The translations under genes and the position numbers were made by a program. Below are positions 39,130-55,700 of a DNA stretch of 64,000 nt, piece after piece (position 1 is the stretch's first letter; the number at the start of each line of letters is the position of its first letter). Below the pieces are notes generated by a model. It worked only from the letters and a program-made list of their open reading frames with translations. It searched no databases and had not been told where the DNA came from. Source of the DNA: Eledone cirrhosa (lineage: Eukaryota); NCBI GenBank assembly GCA_964016885.1, contig OZ024744.1, positions 12,028,001-12,092,000 of the forward strand, read 5' to 3'.

Positions 39130-40260
39130 GCTTTCTTTATTAATCACAAGGGTTTACATAAAGTAGACATTAAGGACAGTACAGGACAATACAGGACGGT
39201 ACAAATGGGCATTTCTGCGTGTAAAAAAAACAAGAATGGAGTATGTAACAAAAAAAGGAAACAATGAAAAAATTCCCCAATAGGAGGGAGTCCTCCGAGG
39301 GTCGCTCGTGGAGAAAGCCCACAAGAAAAGCCACAGTTACCCTGACCGCTAGGGAAAATGCCCTCTTCCAGTTTTCCTCCTACGATGCTACAGGCACACC
39401 CTCAGGGTAGGCCCATTCACACAGGCGATTCTTGCCTCTCTTACCCATCTTTTAACATACTCTACCCTGATTTTCCTTTTCTGGTGAAACCTGAAAAAGT
39501 TAAGGAGGGCGTCACAGAAGAGGAAAGTTCCCGTCTTCAACCCTTTCAGACGTGTCCACCATATGATCTCTTTTACCATGGCCACCAGGCAGATAAAAAT
39601 TCCCTACCCTTCTCGGCTAAAGGAAGGCGGCAGGGCAATCTTCACGATGGACTCAGCTGATAGCTGGATCCGTCCTACACGTGACAGCAAGTGTTCGATA
39701 TAAACCCACAAGTCAGCAATGCTCAGATACTGGACGAGTGCATGCAGGACGGTTTCATCCCCTGCACGAATCTCGGACATGCCCGGCTGACGGCACTTCC
39801 ATGCCTGTAGAGTTTATCCCAAACTGGCTAGGCTCCTCGGTAGCACTGCCAAGCCAGGGATTTCTGGAAGTTGTCCATGGGCCCCGGCCCGAAAGTTCTC
39901 CCAAAGAGATTGCCTAGTTGATTTTCGTCGACGCCCAGAGTCTCCCCAAGCATGTTGTCGCTCTTTCCCTCCACTAACCCTCTATAGAATGCCAAGGTGG
40001 AGTTTCCAGCAATTGTATTGCCTAACTGGTCAAGGGCTGTAAGCGCCTGAAGACATTCCAGTCTCCAAGTGCTTCCTCTCGGACTTTGCTTGACCTAGGA
40101 CTGCAGCTCCGCCAAGGAGACAAGCTGGGGAAACATATGTCTAGCAAAGGGCGACCACACATGATCATCATCGAGGAAGAGGTGGAGATGTCGTAGCCTG
40201 AGCATGATGTCTGCGCATCATCAGCCACGGCATGCCCAGCCCTCCATGTAGTGGGTGTTT
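39130..40260 (-). mobile_element. 5'-truncated, decayed L1/Tx1-like LINE, related to 1-1124
   Basis: Minus-strand translation gives HGGLGMPWLMMR...VWSP and AMVKEIIWWTRLKGLKTGTFL, matching ORF 4..885. Contains frameshifts. Ends AATAAAGAAAGC at 39141-39130. Confidence 0.87.
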
Positions 40261-40620
40261 ACACTTTACAGAGTGGACTTGGTGTTTTTGTCATGACACC
40301 TACATGACCACTTTACCATGTGTACAGGGTGCTTTTTGTTGTGACACCTACATGACCACTTTAGAGTGTGGACTGGGGGATTTTGTGATACCAACACAAC
40401 TTTATAGGTAAAGGGTGATGTGCATAGAGGTGAGGGGATGTAAGGATGTGGGGGTGTAAATTGGATTAAAAAGTACCTACTTGGTGTATGTTTGAGTCAG
40501 GTCTTCTGTATTACTGCATAACGCCAAAGATCTTGATACTGTTTCATCATCTTTGTGAAGTGGATGTGTGCAAGGTCAGTATTTATCACCTGATCCCAAG
40601 TGCTCCTAGGTCTTCCTACA
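40261..40620 (-). mobile_element. RTE LINE 3' fragment (ORF2 end plus 3'UTR)
   Basis: Minus strand encodes VGRPRSTWDQVINTDLAHIH...DLWRYAVIQKT, versus IGRPRKTWDELINSDITHLH...DLWRYSVTEKT in the full copy. About three 48-bp motif copies at 40261-40400. Confidence 0.85.
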
Positions 40621-40623
40621 GTG

Positions 40624-40750
40624 ACTTTATTTATCAACCTTAAAGGGATAAAATGCGAAGTCGACCTAGATAGGATTGGAACTCAGAACATTAACATTCA
40701 AAGAGGAAACATAAAACATTCTATGTGACCATCTAATGACGGTCTATAAC
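40624..40750 (-). mobile_element. tRNA-derived SINE remnant whose 5' head runs into satellite C
   Basis: Minus strand has a pol III B-box-like GTTCCAATCC (40682-40673) followed by AGGTCGACTTCGCATTTTATCCCTTTAAGGTTGATAAAT. This resembles the central domain of octopus/Meta-type SINEs as I recall it. Confidence 0.65.
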
Positions 40751-43700
40751 ATAAAACATTCTATTTGACCATCTAATGACGGTCTATAACATAAAATATT
40801 CTATTTGTCCATCTAATGACGGTCTATAACATAAAACATTCTATGTGACCATCTAATGACTGTCTACAACATAAAACATTCTATTTGACCATCTAATGAC
40901 TGTCTATAACATAAAACATTCTATTTGAACATCTAATGACGGTCTATAACATAAAACATTCTATTTGACCATCTAATGACTGTCTATAACATAACATATT
41001 TTACGTGACCATCTAATGACTGTCTATAGCATAAAACATTCTATGTAACCATCTAATGACTGTCTATAGAATAAAACATTCTATGTGACCATCTAATGAC
41101 GGTCTATAGCATAAAACATTCTATGTGACCATCTAATGACTGTCTATAACATAAAACATTCTATTTGACCATCTAATGACGGTCTATGACATAAAACATT
41201 CTATTTGACCATCTAATGACTGTCTATAACATAAAACATTCTATTTGACCATCTAATGACGGTCTATAACATAAAACATTCTATTTGACCATCTAATGAC
41301 TGTCTATAACATAAAACGTTCTATGTGACCATCTAATCACTGTCTATAACATAAAAAATTTTATTTGACCATCTAATGACGGTCAATAACATAAAACATT
41401 CTATGTGACCATCTAATGACTGTTTATAGCATAAAACATTATATTTGTCCATCTAATGACGGTCTAAAATATAAAACATTCTATTTGTCCATCTAATGAC
41501 GATCTATAGCATAAAACATTCTATGTGACCATCTAATGACTGTCTATAACATAAAACATTCTATTTGACCATCTAATGACTGTCTATAACATAAAACACA
41601 CTATTTGACCATGTAATGACTGTCTATAACATAAAACATTCTATTTGTCCATCTAATAACTGTCTATAACATAAAAATTCTATGTGGCCATCTAATGACT
41701 GTCTATAACATAAAACATTCTATTTGACCATCTAATGACGGTCTATAACATAAAACATTCTATTTGACCATCTAATGACTGTCTATAACATAAAAAATTT
41801 TATTTGACCATCTAATGACGGTCAATAACATAAAACATTCTATGTGACCATCTAATGACTGTTTATAGCATAAAACATTATATTTGTCCATCTAATGACG
41901 GTCTAAAATATAAAACATTCTATTTGTCCATCTAATGACGGTCTATAGCATAAAACATTCTATGTGACCATCTAATGACTGTCTATAACATAAAACATTC
42001 TATTTGACCATCTAATGACTGTCTATAACATAAAACACACTATTTGACCATATAATGACTGTCTATAACATAAAACATTCTATTTGTCCATCTAATAACT
42101 GTCTATAACATAAAAATTCTATGTGGCCATCTAATGACGGTTTATAACAGAAAACATTCTATTTGACCATCTAATGACTGTCTATAACATAAAACATTCT
42201 ATTTGACCATCTAATGACGGTCTAAAATATAAAACAGTCTATTTATCCATCTAATGATGGTCTATAGCATAAAACATTCTATGTGACCATCTAATGACTG
42301 TCTATAACATAAACATTCTATTTGACCATCTAATGACTGTCTATAACATAAAACATACTATTTGACCATCTAATGACTGTCTATAACATAAAACATTCTA
42401 TTTGTCCATCTAATGATGGTCTATAGCGTCAAACATTCTATGTTACCATCTAATGACTGTCTATAACATAAAACATTCAATTTGACCATCTAATGACTGT
42501 CTATAATATAAAACATTCTATTTGACCATCTAATGACTGTCTATAACATAAAACATTCTATTTGACCATCTAATGACTATCTATAACATAAACATTCTAT
42601 GTGACTATCTAATGACTGTCTATAACAAAACATTCTATTTGACCATCTAATGACGGTCTATAACAGAAAACATTCTATTTGACAATCTAATGACTGTCTA
42701 TAACATAAAACATTCTATGTGACCATCTAATGACGGTCTATAACATAAGACATTCTATGTGACCATCTAATGACTGTCTATAACATAACACATTCTATTT
42801 GACCATGTAATGACGGTCTATAACATACAACATTCTATTTGACAATCTAATGACGGTCTATAACATAAAACATTCTATGTGACCATCTAATGACGATCTA
42901 TAACATAAATGTTCTACGTGACAATCTAATTACTGTTTATAACATGAAACATTCTATTTGACCATCTAATGACGGTCTATAACATAATACATTCTATTTG
43001 ACCATCTAATGACGGTCTAAAATATAAAACAGTCTATTTATCCATCTAATGATGGTCTATAGCATAAAACATTCTATGTGACCATCTAATGACTGTCTAT
43101 AACATAAACATTCTATTTGACCATCTAATGACTGTCTATAACATAAAACATACTATTTGACCATCTAATGACTGTCTATAACATAAAACATTCTATTTGT
43201 CCATCTAATGATGGTCTATAGCGTCAAACATTCTATGTTACCATCTAATGACTGTCTATAACATAAAACATTCAATTTGACCATCTAATGACTGTCTATA
43301 ATATAAAACATTCTATTTGACCATCTAATGACTGTCTATAACATAAAACATTCTATTTGACCATCTAATGACGGTCTATAACATAAAACATTCTATTTGA
43401 CCATCTAATGACTATCTATAACATAAACATTCTATGTGACTATCTAATGACTGTCTATAACAAAACATTCTATTTGACCATCTAATGACGGTCTATAACA
43501 GAAAACATTCTATTTGACAATCTAATGACTGTCTATAACATAAAACATTCTATGTGACCATCTAATGACGGTCTATAACATAAGACATTCTATGTGACCA
43601 TCTAATGACTGTCTATAACATAACACATTCTATTTGACCATGTAATGACGGTCTATAACATACAACATTCTATTTGACAATCTAATGACGGTCTATAACA

Positions 43701-46700
43701 TAAAACATTCTATGTGACCATCTAATGACGATCTATAACATAAATGTTCTACGTGACAATCTAATTACTGTTTATAACATGAAACATTCTATTTGACCAT
43801 CTAATGACGGTCTATAACATAATACATTCTATTTGACCATCTAATGACTGTCTATAACATAAAACATTCTATGTGACCATCTAATGACTGTCTATAACAT
43901 AAAACATTCTATTTGACCATGTAATGACGGTCTATAACATACAACATTCTATTTGACAATCTAATGACGGTCTATAACATAAAACATTCTATTTGACCAT
44001 CTAATGACTGTCTATAACATAAAACATTTTATTTATACATCTAATGACTGTCTATAACATAAAACATTCTATTTTACCATCTAATGACTGTCTATAACAT
44101 AAAACATTCTATGTGACCATCTAATGACGGTCTATAACATAATACATTCTATTTGACCATCTAATGACTGTCTATAACATAAAACATTCTATGTGACCAT
44201 CTAATGACGGTCTATAACATAACACATTCTATTTGACCATCTAATGACGGTCTATAACATAAAACATTCTATTTGACCATCTAATGACGGTCTATCACAT
44301 AAAACATTATATGTGACCATCTAATGATGGTCTATGACATAAAACATTCTATTTGACCGTCTAATGACTGTCTATAGCATAAAACATTCTATTTGTCCAT
44401 CTAATGACGGTCTATAAAACAAAACATTCTATTTGACCATCTAATGACTCTCTATGACATAAAACATTATTTGTGTCCACCTAATGACTGTCTATAACAT
44501 AAAACATTCTATTTGTCCATCTAATGACTGTCTATAAGATGAAAGATTCTATTTGTACATCTAATGACGGTCTATAACATGAAACATTCTATTTGTCCAC
44601 CTAATGACGGTCTATAACATGAAACATTCTATTTGACCATCTAATGACGGTCTATCACATAAAAAATTCTATTTGACCATCTAATAACTGTCTATAATAT
44701 AAAACATTCTATTTGTCCAGCTAATGACGGTCTACAACATAAAACATTCTATTTGTCCTTTTAATGACTGTCTATAACATAGAACATTCTATTTGTCCAT
44801 CTAATGACTGTCTATAACATAGAACATTCTATTTGTCCATCTAATGACTGTCTATAACATAGAACATTCTATGTGACCATCTAATGACTATCTATAACAT
44901 AATACATTCTATTTGTCCATCTAATGACTGTCTATAACATGAAACATTCTATTTGTCCATCTAATGACGGTCTATAACATTAAACATTCTATTTCACCAT
45001 CTAATGACTGTCTATAGCATAAAACATTCTATTTGACAATCTAATGACTGTCTATAACATAAAACATTCTATTTGACCATCTAACGACTGTCTATAACAT
45101 AAAACATTCTATTTGACCATCTAATGACGATCTATAACATAAAACATTCTATTTGACCATCTAATGACGGTCTATAACATAAAACATTCTAATTGACCAT
45201 CTAATGACTCTCTATAACATAAAACATTCTATTTGACCATTAAATGACTGTCTATAACATAAAACATTCTATTTGACCATCTAATGACTGTCTATAACAT
45301 GAAGGATTCTATGTGACGATCTAATCACTTTCTATAACATGAAACATTCTATTTGTCCATCTAATGACGGTCTATAACATTAAACATTCTATTTCACCAT
45401 CTAATGACTGACTATAACATAACATATTTTACGTGACCATCTAATGACTGTCTATAGCATAAAACATTCTATGTAACCATCTAATGACTGTCTATAGAAT
45501 AAAACATTCTATGTGACCATCTAATGACGGTCTATAGCATAAAACATTCTATGTGACCATCTAATGACTGTCTATAACATAAAACATTCTATTTGACCAT
45601 CTAATGACGGTCTATGACATAAAACATTCTATTTGACCATCTAATGACTGTCTATAACATAAAACATTCTATTTGACCATCTAATGACGGTCTATAACAA
45701 AACATTCTATTTGTCCATCTAATGACGGTCTATAGCATAAAACATTCTATGTGACCATCTAATGACTGGCTATAATATAAAACATTCTATTTGACCATCT
45801 AATGACTGTCTATAACATAAAACATTCTATTTGACCATCTAATGACGGTCTATAACATAAAACATTCTATTTGACCATCTAATGACTGTCTATAACATAA
45901 AACGTTCTATGTGACCATCTAATCACTGTCTATAACATAAAAAAATTTATTTGACCATCTAATGACGGTCAATAACATAAAACATTCTATGTGACCATCT
46001 AATGACTGTTTATAGCATAAAACATTATATTTGTCCATCTAATGACGGTCTAAAATATAAAACATTCTATTTGTCCATCTAATGACGATCTATAGCATAA
46101 AACATTCTATGTGACCATCTAATGACTGACTATAACATAAAACATTCTATTTGACCATCTAATGACTGTCTATAACATAAAACACACTATTTGACCATAT
46201 AATGACTGTCTATAACATAAAACATTCTATTTGTCCATCTAATAACTGTCTATAACATAAAAATTCTATGTGGCCATCTAATGACTGTCTATAACATAAA
46301 ACATTCTATTTGACCAACTAATGACGGTCTATAACATAAAACATTCTATTTGACCATCTAATGACTGTCTATAACATAAAAAATTTTATTTGACCATCTA
46401 ATGACGGTCAATAACATAAAACATTCTATGTGACCATCTAATGACTGTTTATAGCATAAAACATTATATTTGTCCATCTAATGACGGTCTAAAATATAAA
46501 ACATTCTATTTGTCCATCTAATGACGGTCTATAGCATAAAACATTCTATGTGACCATCTAATGACTGTCTATAACATAAAACATTCTATTTGACCATCTA
46601 ATGACTGTCTATAACATAAAACACACTATTTGACCATATAATGACTGTCTATAACATAAAACATTCTATTTGTCCATCTAATAACTGTCTATAACATAAA

Positions 46701-49700
46701 AATTCTATGTGGCCATCTAATGACGGTTTATAACAGAAAACATTCTATTTGACCATCTAATGACTGTCTATAACATAAAACATTCTATTTGACCATCTAA
46801 TGACGGTCTAAAATATAAAACAGTCTATTTATCCATCTAATGATGGTCTATAGCATAAAACATTCTATGTGACCATCTAATGACTGTCTATAACATAAAC
46901 ATTCTATTTGACCATCTAATGACTGTCTATAACATAAAACATACTATTTGACCATCTAATGACTGTCTATAACATAAAACATTCTATTTGTCCATCTAAT
47001 GATGGTCTATAGCGTCAAACATTCTATGTTACCATCTAATGACTGTCTATAACATAAAACATTCAATTTGACCATCTAATGACTGTCTATAATATAAAAC
47101 ATTCTATTTGACCATCTAATGACTGTCTATAACATAAAACATTCTATTTGACCATCTAATGACGGTCTATAACATAAAACATTCTATTTGACCATCTAAT
47201 GACTATCTATAACATAAACATTCTATGTGACTATCTAATGACTGTCTATAACAAAACATTCTATTTGACCATCTAATGACGGTCTATAACAGAAAACATT
47301 CTATTTGACAATCTAATGACTGTCTATAACATAAAACATTCTATGTGACCATCTAATGACGGTCTATAACATAAGACATTCTATGTGACCATCTAATGAC
47401 TGTCTATAACATAACACATTCTATTTGACCATGTAATGACGGTCTATAACATACAACATTCTATTTGACAATCTAATGACGGTCTATAACATAAAACATT
47501 CTATGTGACCATCTAATGACGATCTATAACATAAATGTTCTACGTGACAATCTAATTACTGTTTATAACATGAAACATTCTATTTGACCATCTAATGACG
47601 GTCTATAACATAATACATTCTATTTGACCATCTAATGACTGTCTATAACATAAAACATTCTATGTGACCATCTAATGACTGTCTATAACATAAAACATTC
47701 TATTTGACCATGTAATGACGGTCTATAACATACAACATTCTATTTGACAATCTAATGACGGTCTATAACATAAAACATTCTATTTGAGCATCTAATGACT
47801 GTCTATAACATGAAACATTTTATTTATACATCTAATGACTGTCTATAACATAAAACATTCTATGTTACCATCTAATGACTGTCTATAACATAAAACATTC
47901 TATGTGACCATCTAATGACGGTCTATAACATAATACATTCTATTTGACCATCTAATGACTGTCTATAACATAAAACATTCTATGTGACCATCTAATGACG
48001 GTCTATAACATAACACATTCTATTTGACCATCTAATGACGGTCTATAACATAAAACATTCTATTTGACCATCTAATGACTATCTATAACATAAAACATTC
48101 TATTTGACAATCTAATGACTGTCTATAACATAAAACATTCTATTTGACCATCTAATGACTGTCTATAACATAACACATTCTATTTCACCATCTAATGACT
48201 GTCTAGAACGTAAAACATTCTATTTAACCATCTAATGACGGTATATAACATAAAACATTCTATTTGACCATCTAATGACTGTCTATAACATAAAACATTA
48301 TATGTGACCATCTAATGATGGTCTATGACATAAAACATTTTATTTGACCGTCTAATGACTGTCTATAGCATAAAACATTCTATTTGTCCATCTAATGACG
48401 GTCTATAAAACAAAACATTCTATTTGACCATCTAATGACTCTCTATGACATAAAACATTATTTGTGTCCACCTAATGACTGTCTATAACATAAAACATTC
48501 TATTTGTCCATCTAATGACTGTCTATAAGATGAAAGATTCTATTTGTACATCTAATGACGGTCTATAACATGAAACATTCTATTTGTCCACCTAATGACG
48601 GTCTATAACATGAAACATTCTATTTGACCATCTAATGACGGTCTATCACATAAAAAATTCTATTTGACCATCTAATAACTGTCTATAACATAGAACATTC
48701 TATTTGTCCATCTAATGACTGTCTATAACATAGAACATTCTATTTGTCCATCTAATGACTGTCTATAACATAGAACATTCTATGTGGCCATCTAATGACT
48801 ATCTATAACATAATACATTCTATTTGTCCATCTAATGACTGTCTATAACATGAAACATTCTATTTGTCCATCTAATGACGGTCTATAACATTAAACATTC
48901 TATTTCACCATCTAATGACTGTCTATAACATAAAACATTCTATTTGACCATCTAACGACTGTCTATAACATAAAACATTCTATTTGACCATCTAATGACG
49001 ATCTATAACATAAAACATTCTATTTGACCATTAAATGACTGTCTATAACATAAAACATTCTATTTGACCATCTAATGACTGTCTATAACATGAAGGATTC
49101 TATGTGACGATCTAATCACTTTCTATAACATGAAACATTCTATTTGTCTATCTAATGACTGTCTATAACATGAAACATTCTATTTGTCCATCTAATGACG
49201 GTCTATAACATTAAACATTCTATTTCACCATCTAATGACAGTCTATAACATAAAACATTCTAATTGACCATCGAATGTTGTCTATAACATAAGACATTCT
49301 ATTTGACAATCTAATGACTGTCTATAACATAAAACATTCTATTTGACCATCTAATGACTCTCTATAACATAAAACATTCTATTTGACAATCTAATGACTG
49401 TCTATAACATAAAACATTCTATTTGACCATCTAATGACTGTCTATAACATAACACATTCTATTTCACCATCTAATGACTGTCTAGAACGTAAAACATTCT
49501 ATTTAACGATGTAATGACGGTATATAACATAACACATTCTATTTGTCCATCTAATGACGGTCTATAACATAAAACATTCTATGTGACCATCTAATGACAT
49601 TCTATAACATAAAACATTCTATTTGTCCATCTAATGACTGTCTATAACATAAAACATTCTATTTGTCCATCTAATCTCGGTCTATAACATGAAACATTCA

Positions 49701-52700
49701 ATTTGTCCATCTAATGACGGTCTATAACATAAAACATTCTATTTCACCATCTAATGACTGTCTATAACATAAAACATTCTATTTGACAATCTAATGACTG
49801 TCTATAACATAAAACATTCTAATTGACCATCGAATGACTGTCTATAACATTAAACATTCTATTTCACCATCTAATGACTGTCTATAACATAAAACATTCT
49901 ATTTGTCCATCTAATCTCGGTCTATAACATAAAACATTCTATGTGACCATCTAATGACAGTCTATAACATAAAACATTCTATTTGACCATCTAATGACTC
50001 TCTATAACATAAAACATTCTATTTGACCATCTAATGACTGTCTATAACATAAAACATTCTATGTGACCATCTAATGACAGTCTATAACATAAAACATTCT
50101 ATTTGACCATCAAATGAATGTCTATAACATAAAACATTCTATTTGTCCATCTAATGACTGTCTATAACATGAAACATTCTATTTGTCCATCTAATGACGG
50201 TCTATAACATTAAACATTCTATTTCACCATCTAATGACTGTCTATAACATAAAACATTCTATTTGACAATCTAATGACTGTCTATAACATACAACATTCT
50301 ATTTGACCATCTAATGACTGTCTATAACATAAAACATTCTATTTGACAAGCTAATGACTGTCTATAACATAAAACATTCTATTTGACCATCTAATGACTG
50401 TCTATAACATAAAACATTCTATTTGACCATCTAATGACTATCTATAACATAGAACATTCTATTTGACAATCTAATGACAGTCTATAACATAAAACAACTA
50501 TTTGTCCATCTAATGACGGTCTATAACATAAAACATTCTACGTGACCATCTAATGACTCTCTATAACATAAAACATTCTATGTGACCATCTAATGACTGT
50601 CTATGACATAAGACATTCTATTTGTCCATCTAATGACCGTCTATAACATAACACATTATATTTGTCCATCTAATGACTCTCTATAACATAAAACATTCTA
50701 TTTGTCCATCTAATGACGGTCTATAACATAAAACATTCTATTTGTCCATCTAATGACGGTCTATAACATAAAACATTCTATTTGACCATCTAATGACTGT
50801 CTATAACATAAAACTTTCTATGTGACCATCTAATGACTGTCTATAACATAAAACATTCTATTTGTCCATGTAATGACTGTCTATAACATAAAACATTCTA
50901 TTTGTCCATCTAATGACGGCCTATAACATTAAACATTCTATTTCACCATCTAATGACTGTCTATAGCATAAAACATTCTATTTGACAATCTAATGACTGT
51001 CTATAACATAAAACATTCTATTTGACCATCTAACGACTGTCTATAACATAAAACATTCTATTTGACCATCTAATGACGATCTATAACATAAAACATTCTA
51101 TTTGACCATCTAATGACGGTCTATAACATAAAACATTCTAATTGACCATCTAATGACTCTCTATAACATAAAACATTCTATTTGACCATCTAATGACTGT
51201 CTATAACATAAAACATTCTATGTGACCATCTAATGACAGTCTATAACATAAAACATTCTATTTGACCATCAAATGACTGTCTATAACATAAAACATTCTA
51301 TTTGACCATCTAATGACTGTCTATAACATGAAGGATTCTATGTGACGATCTAATCACTGTCTATAACATGAAACATTCTATTTGTCTATCTAATGACTGT
51401 CTATAACATGAAACATTCTATTTGTCCATCTAATGACGGTCTATAACATTAAACATTCTATTTCACCATCTAATGACAGTCTATAACATAAAACATTCTA
51501 ATTGACCATCGAATGTTGTCTATAACATAAGACATTCTATTTGACAATCTAATGACTGTCTATAACATAAAACATTCTATTTGACCATCTAATGACTGTC
51601 TATAACATAACACATTCTATTTCACCATCTAATGACTGTCTAGAACGTAAAACATTCTATTTAACGATGTAATGACGGTATATAACATAACACATTCTAT
51701 TTGTCCATCTAATGACGGTCTATAACATAAAACATTCTATGTGACCATCTAATGACATTCTATGTGACCATCTAATGACATTCTATAACATAAAACATTC
51801 CATTTGTCCATCTAATGACTGTCTATAACATAAAACATTCTATTTGTCCATCTAATCTCGGTCTATAACATGAAACATTCAATTTGTCCATCTAATGACG
51901 GTCTATAACATAAAACATTCTATTTCACCATCTAATGACTGTCTATAACATAAAACATTCTATTTGACAATCTAATGACTGTCTATAACATAAAACATTC
52001 TAATTGACCATCGAATGACTGTCTATAACATTAAACATTCTATTTCACCATCTAATGACTGTCTATAACATAAAACATTCTATTTGTCCATCTAATCTCG
52101 GTCTATAACATAAAACATTCTATGTGACCATCTAATGACAGTCTATAACATAAAACATTCTATTTGACCATCTAATGACTCTCTATAACATAAAACATTC
52201 TATTTGACCATCTAATGACTGTCTATAACATAAAACATTCTATGTGACCATCTAATGACAGTCTATAACATAAAACATTCTATTTGACCATCAAATGAAT
52301 GTCTATAACATAAAACATTCTATTTGTCCATCTAATGACTGTCTATAACATGAAACATTCTATTTGTCTATCTAATGGCGGTCTATAACATTAAACATTC
52401 TATTTCACCATCTAATGACTGTCTATAACATAAAACATTCTATTTGACAATCTAATGACTGTCTATAACATACAACATTCTATTTGACCATCTAATGACT
52501 GTCTATAACCTAAAACATTCTATTTGACAAGCTAATGACTGTCTATAACATAAAACATTCTATTTGACCATCTAATGACTGTCTATAACATAAAACATTC
52601 TATTTGACCATCTAATGACTATCTATAACATAGAACATTCTATTTGACAATCTAATGACAGTCTATAACATAAAACAACTATTTGTCCATCTAATGACGG

Positions 52701-55700
52701 TCTATAACATAAAACATTCTACGTGACCATCTAATGACTCTCTATAACAGAAAACATTCTATGTGACCATCTAATGACTGTCTATGACATAAGACATTCT
52801 ATTTGTCCATCCAATGACCGTCTATAACATAACACATTCTATTTGTCCATCTAATGACTCTCTATAACATAAAACATTCTATTTGACCATCTAATGACTG
52901 TCTATAACATAAAACATTCTATGTGACCATCTAATGACTGTCTATAACATAAAACATTCTATTTGTCCATGTAATGACTGTCTATAACATAAAACATTCT
53001 ATTTGTCCATCTAATGACGGTCTATAACATGAAACATTCTATTTGACCATATAATGACTGTCTATAACATAAAACATTCTATGTGACTATCTAATGACGG
53101 TCTATAACATAAAACATCTATTTGTCCATCTAATGACTGTCTATAACATAAAACGTTCTATTTGTCCATCTAATCTCGGTCAATAACATAAAACATTCTA
53201 TTTGACCATCTAATGACTCTCTATAACATAAAACATTCTATGTGACCATCTAATGACTGTCTATAACATAAAACATTCTATTTGACCATATAATGACTTT
53301 TATAACATAAACCATTCTATGTGACCATCTAATGACAGTCTATAACATAAAACATTCTATGTGACCATCTAATGACGGTCTATAACATAAAACATTCTAT
53401 TTGTCCATCTAATGACTGTCTATAACATAAAATATACTATTTGTCCATCTAATGACGGTCTATAACATAAAACATTCTATTTGACCATCTAATGACTCTC
53501 TATAACATAAAACATTCTATTTGACCATCTAATGACTGTCTATAACATGAAGGATTCTATGTGACGATCTAATCACTGTCTATAACATGAAACATTCTAT
53601 TTGTCCATCTAATGACTGTCTATAACATGAAACATTCAATTTGTCCATCTAATGACGGTCTATAACATAAAACATTCTATTTCACCATCTAATGACTGTC
53701 TATAACATAAAACATTCTATTTGACAATCTAATGACTGTCTATAACATAAAACATTCTAATTGACCATCGAATGACTGTCTATAACATAAGACATTCTAT
53801 TTGACAATCTAATAACTGTCTATAACATAAAACATTCTATTTGACCATCTAATGACTGTCTATAACATAAAACATTCTATGTGACCATCTAATGACAGTC
53901 TATAACATAAAACATTCTATTTGACCATCAAATGACTCTCTATAACATAAAACGTTCTATTTGACCATCTAATCACTGTCTTTAACATAAAACATTCTAT
54001 TTGTCCATCTAATGACTGTCTATAACATAAAACATTCTATTTGACCATCTAATGACGGTCTATAACATAAAACATTCTATGTGACCATCTAATGACATTC
54101 TATGTGACCATCTAATGACATTCTATAACATAAAACATTCCATTTGTCCATCTAATGACTGTCTATAACATAAAACATTCTATTTGTCCATCTAATCTCG
54201 GTCTATAACATGAAACATTCAATTTGTCCATCTAATGACGGTCTATAACATAAAACATTCTATTTCACCATCTAATGACTGTCTATAACATAAAACATTC
54301 TATTTGACAATCTAATGACTGTCTATAACATAAAACATTCTAATTGACCATCGAATGACTGTCTATAACATTAAACATTCTATTTCACCATCTAATGACT
54401 GTCTATAACATAAAACATTCTATTTGTCCATCTAATCTCGGTCTATAACATAAAACATTCTATGTGACCATCTAATGACAGTCTATAACATAAAACATTC
54501 TATTTGACCATCTAATGACTCTCTATAACATAAAACATTCTATTTGACCATCTAATGACTGTCTATAACATAAAACATTCTATGTGACCATCTAATGACA
54601 GTCTATAACATAAAACATTCTATTTGACCATCAAATGAATGTCTATAACATAAAACATTCTATTTGTCCATCTAATGACTGTCTATAACATGAAACATTC
54701 TATTTGTCTATCTAATGGCGGTCTATAACATTAAACATTCTATTTCACCATCTAATGACTGTCTATAACATAAAACATTCTATTTGACAATCTAATGACT
54801 GTCTATAACATACAACATTCTATTTGACCATCTAATGACTGTCTATAACCTAAAACATTCTATTTGACAAGCTAATGACTGTCTATAACATAAAACATTC
54901 TATTTGACCATCTAATGACTGTCTATAACATAAAACATTCTATTTGACCATCTAATGACTATCTATAACATAGAACATTCTATTTGACAATCTAATGACA
55001 GTCTATAACATAAAACAACTATTTGTCCATCTAATGACGGTCTATAACATAAAACATTCTACGTGACCATCTAATGACTCTCTATAACAGAAAACATTCT
55101 ATGTGACCATCTAATGACTGTCTATGACATAAGACATTCTATTTGTCCATCCAATGACCGTCTATAACATAACACATTCTATTTGTCCATCTAATGACTC
55201 TCTATAACATAAAACATTCTATTTGACCATCTAATGACTGTCTATAACATAAAACATTCTATGTGACCATCTAATGACTGTCTATAACATAAAACATTCT
55301 ATTTGTCCATGTAATGACTGTCTATAACATAAAACATTCTATTTGTCCATCTAATGACGGTCTATAACATGAAACATTCTATTTGACCATATAATGACTG
55401 TCTATAACATAAAACATTCTATGTGACTATCTAATGACGGTCTATAACATAAAACATCTATTTGTCCATCTAATGACTGTCTATAACATAAAACGTTCTA
55501 TTTGTCCATCTAATCTCGGTCAATAACATAAAACATTCTATTTGACCATCTAATGACTCTCTATAACATAAAACATTCTATGTGACCATCTAATGACTGT
55601 CTATAACATAAAACATTCTATTTGACCATATAATGACTTTTATAACATAAACCATTCTATGTGACCATCTAATGACAGTCTATAACATAAAACATTCTAT

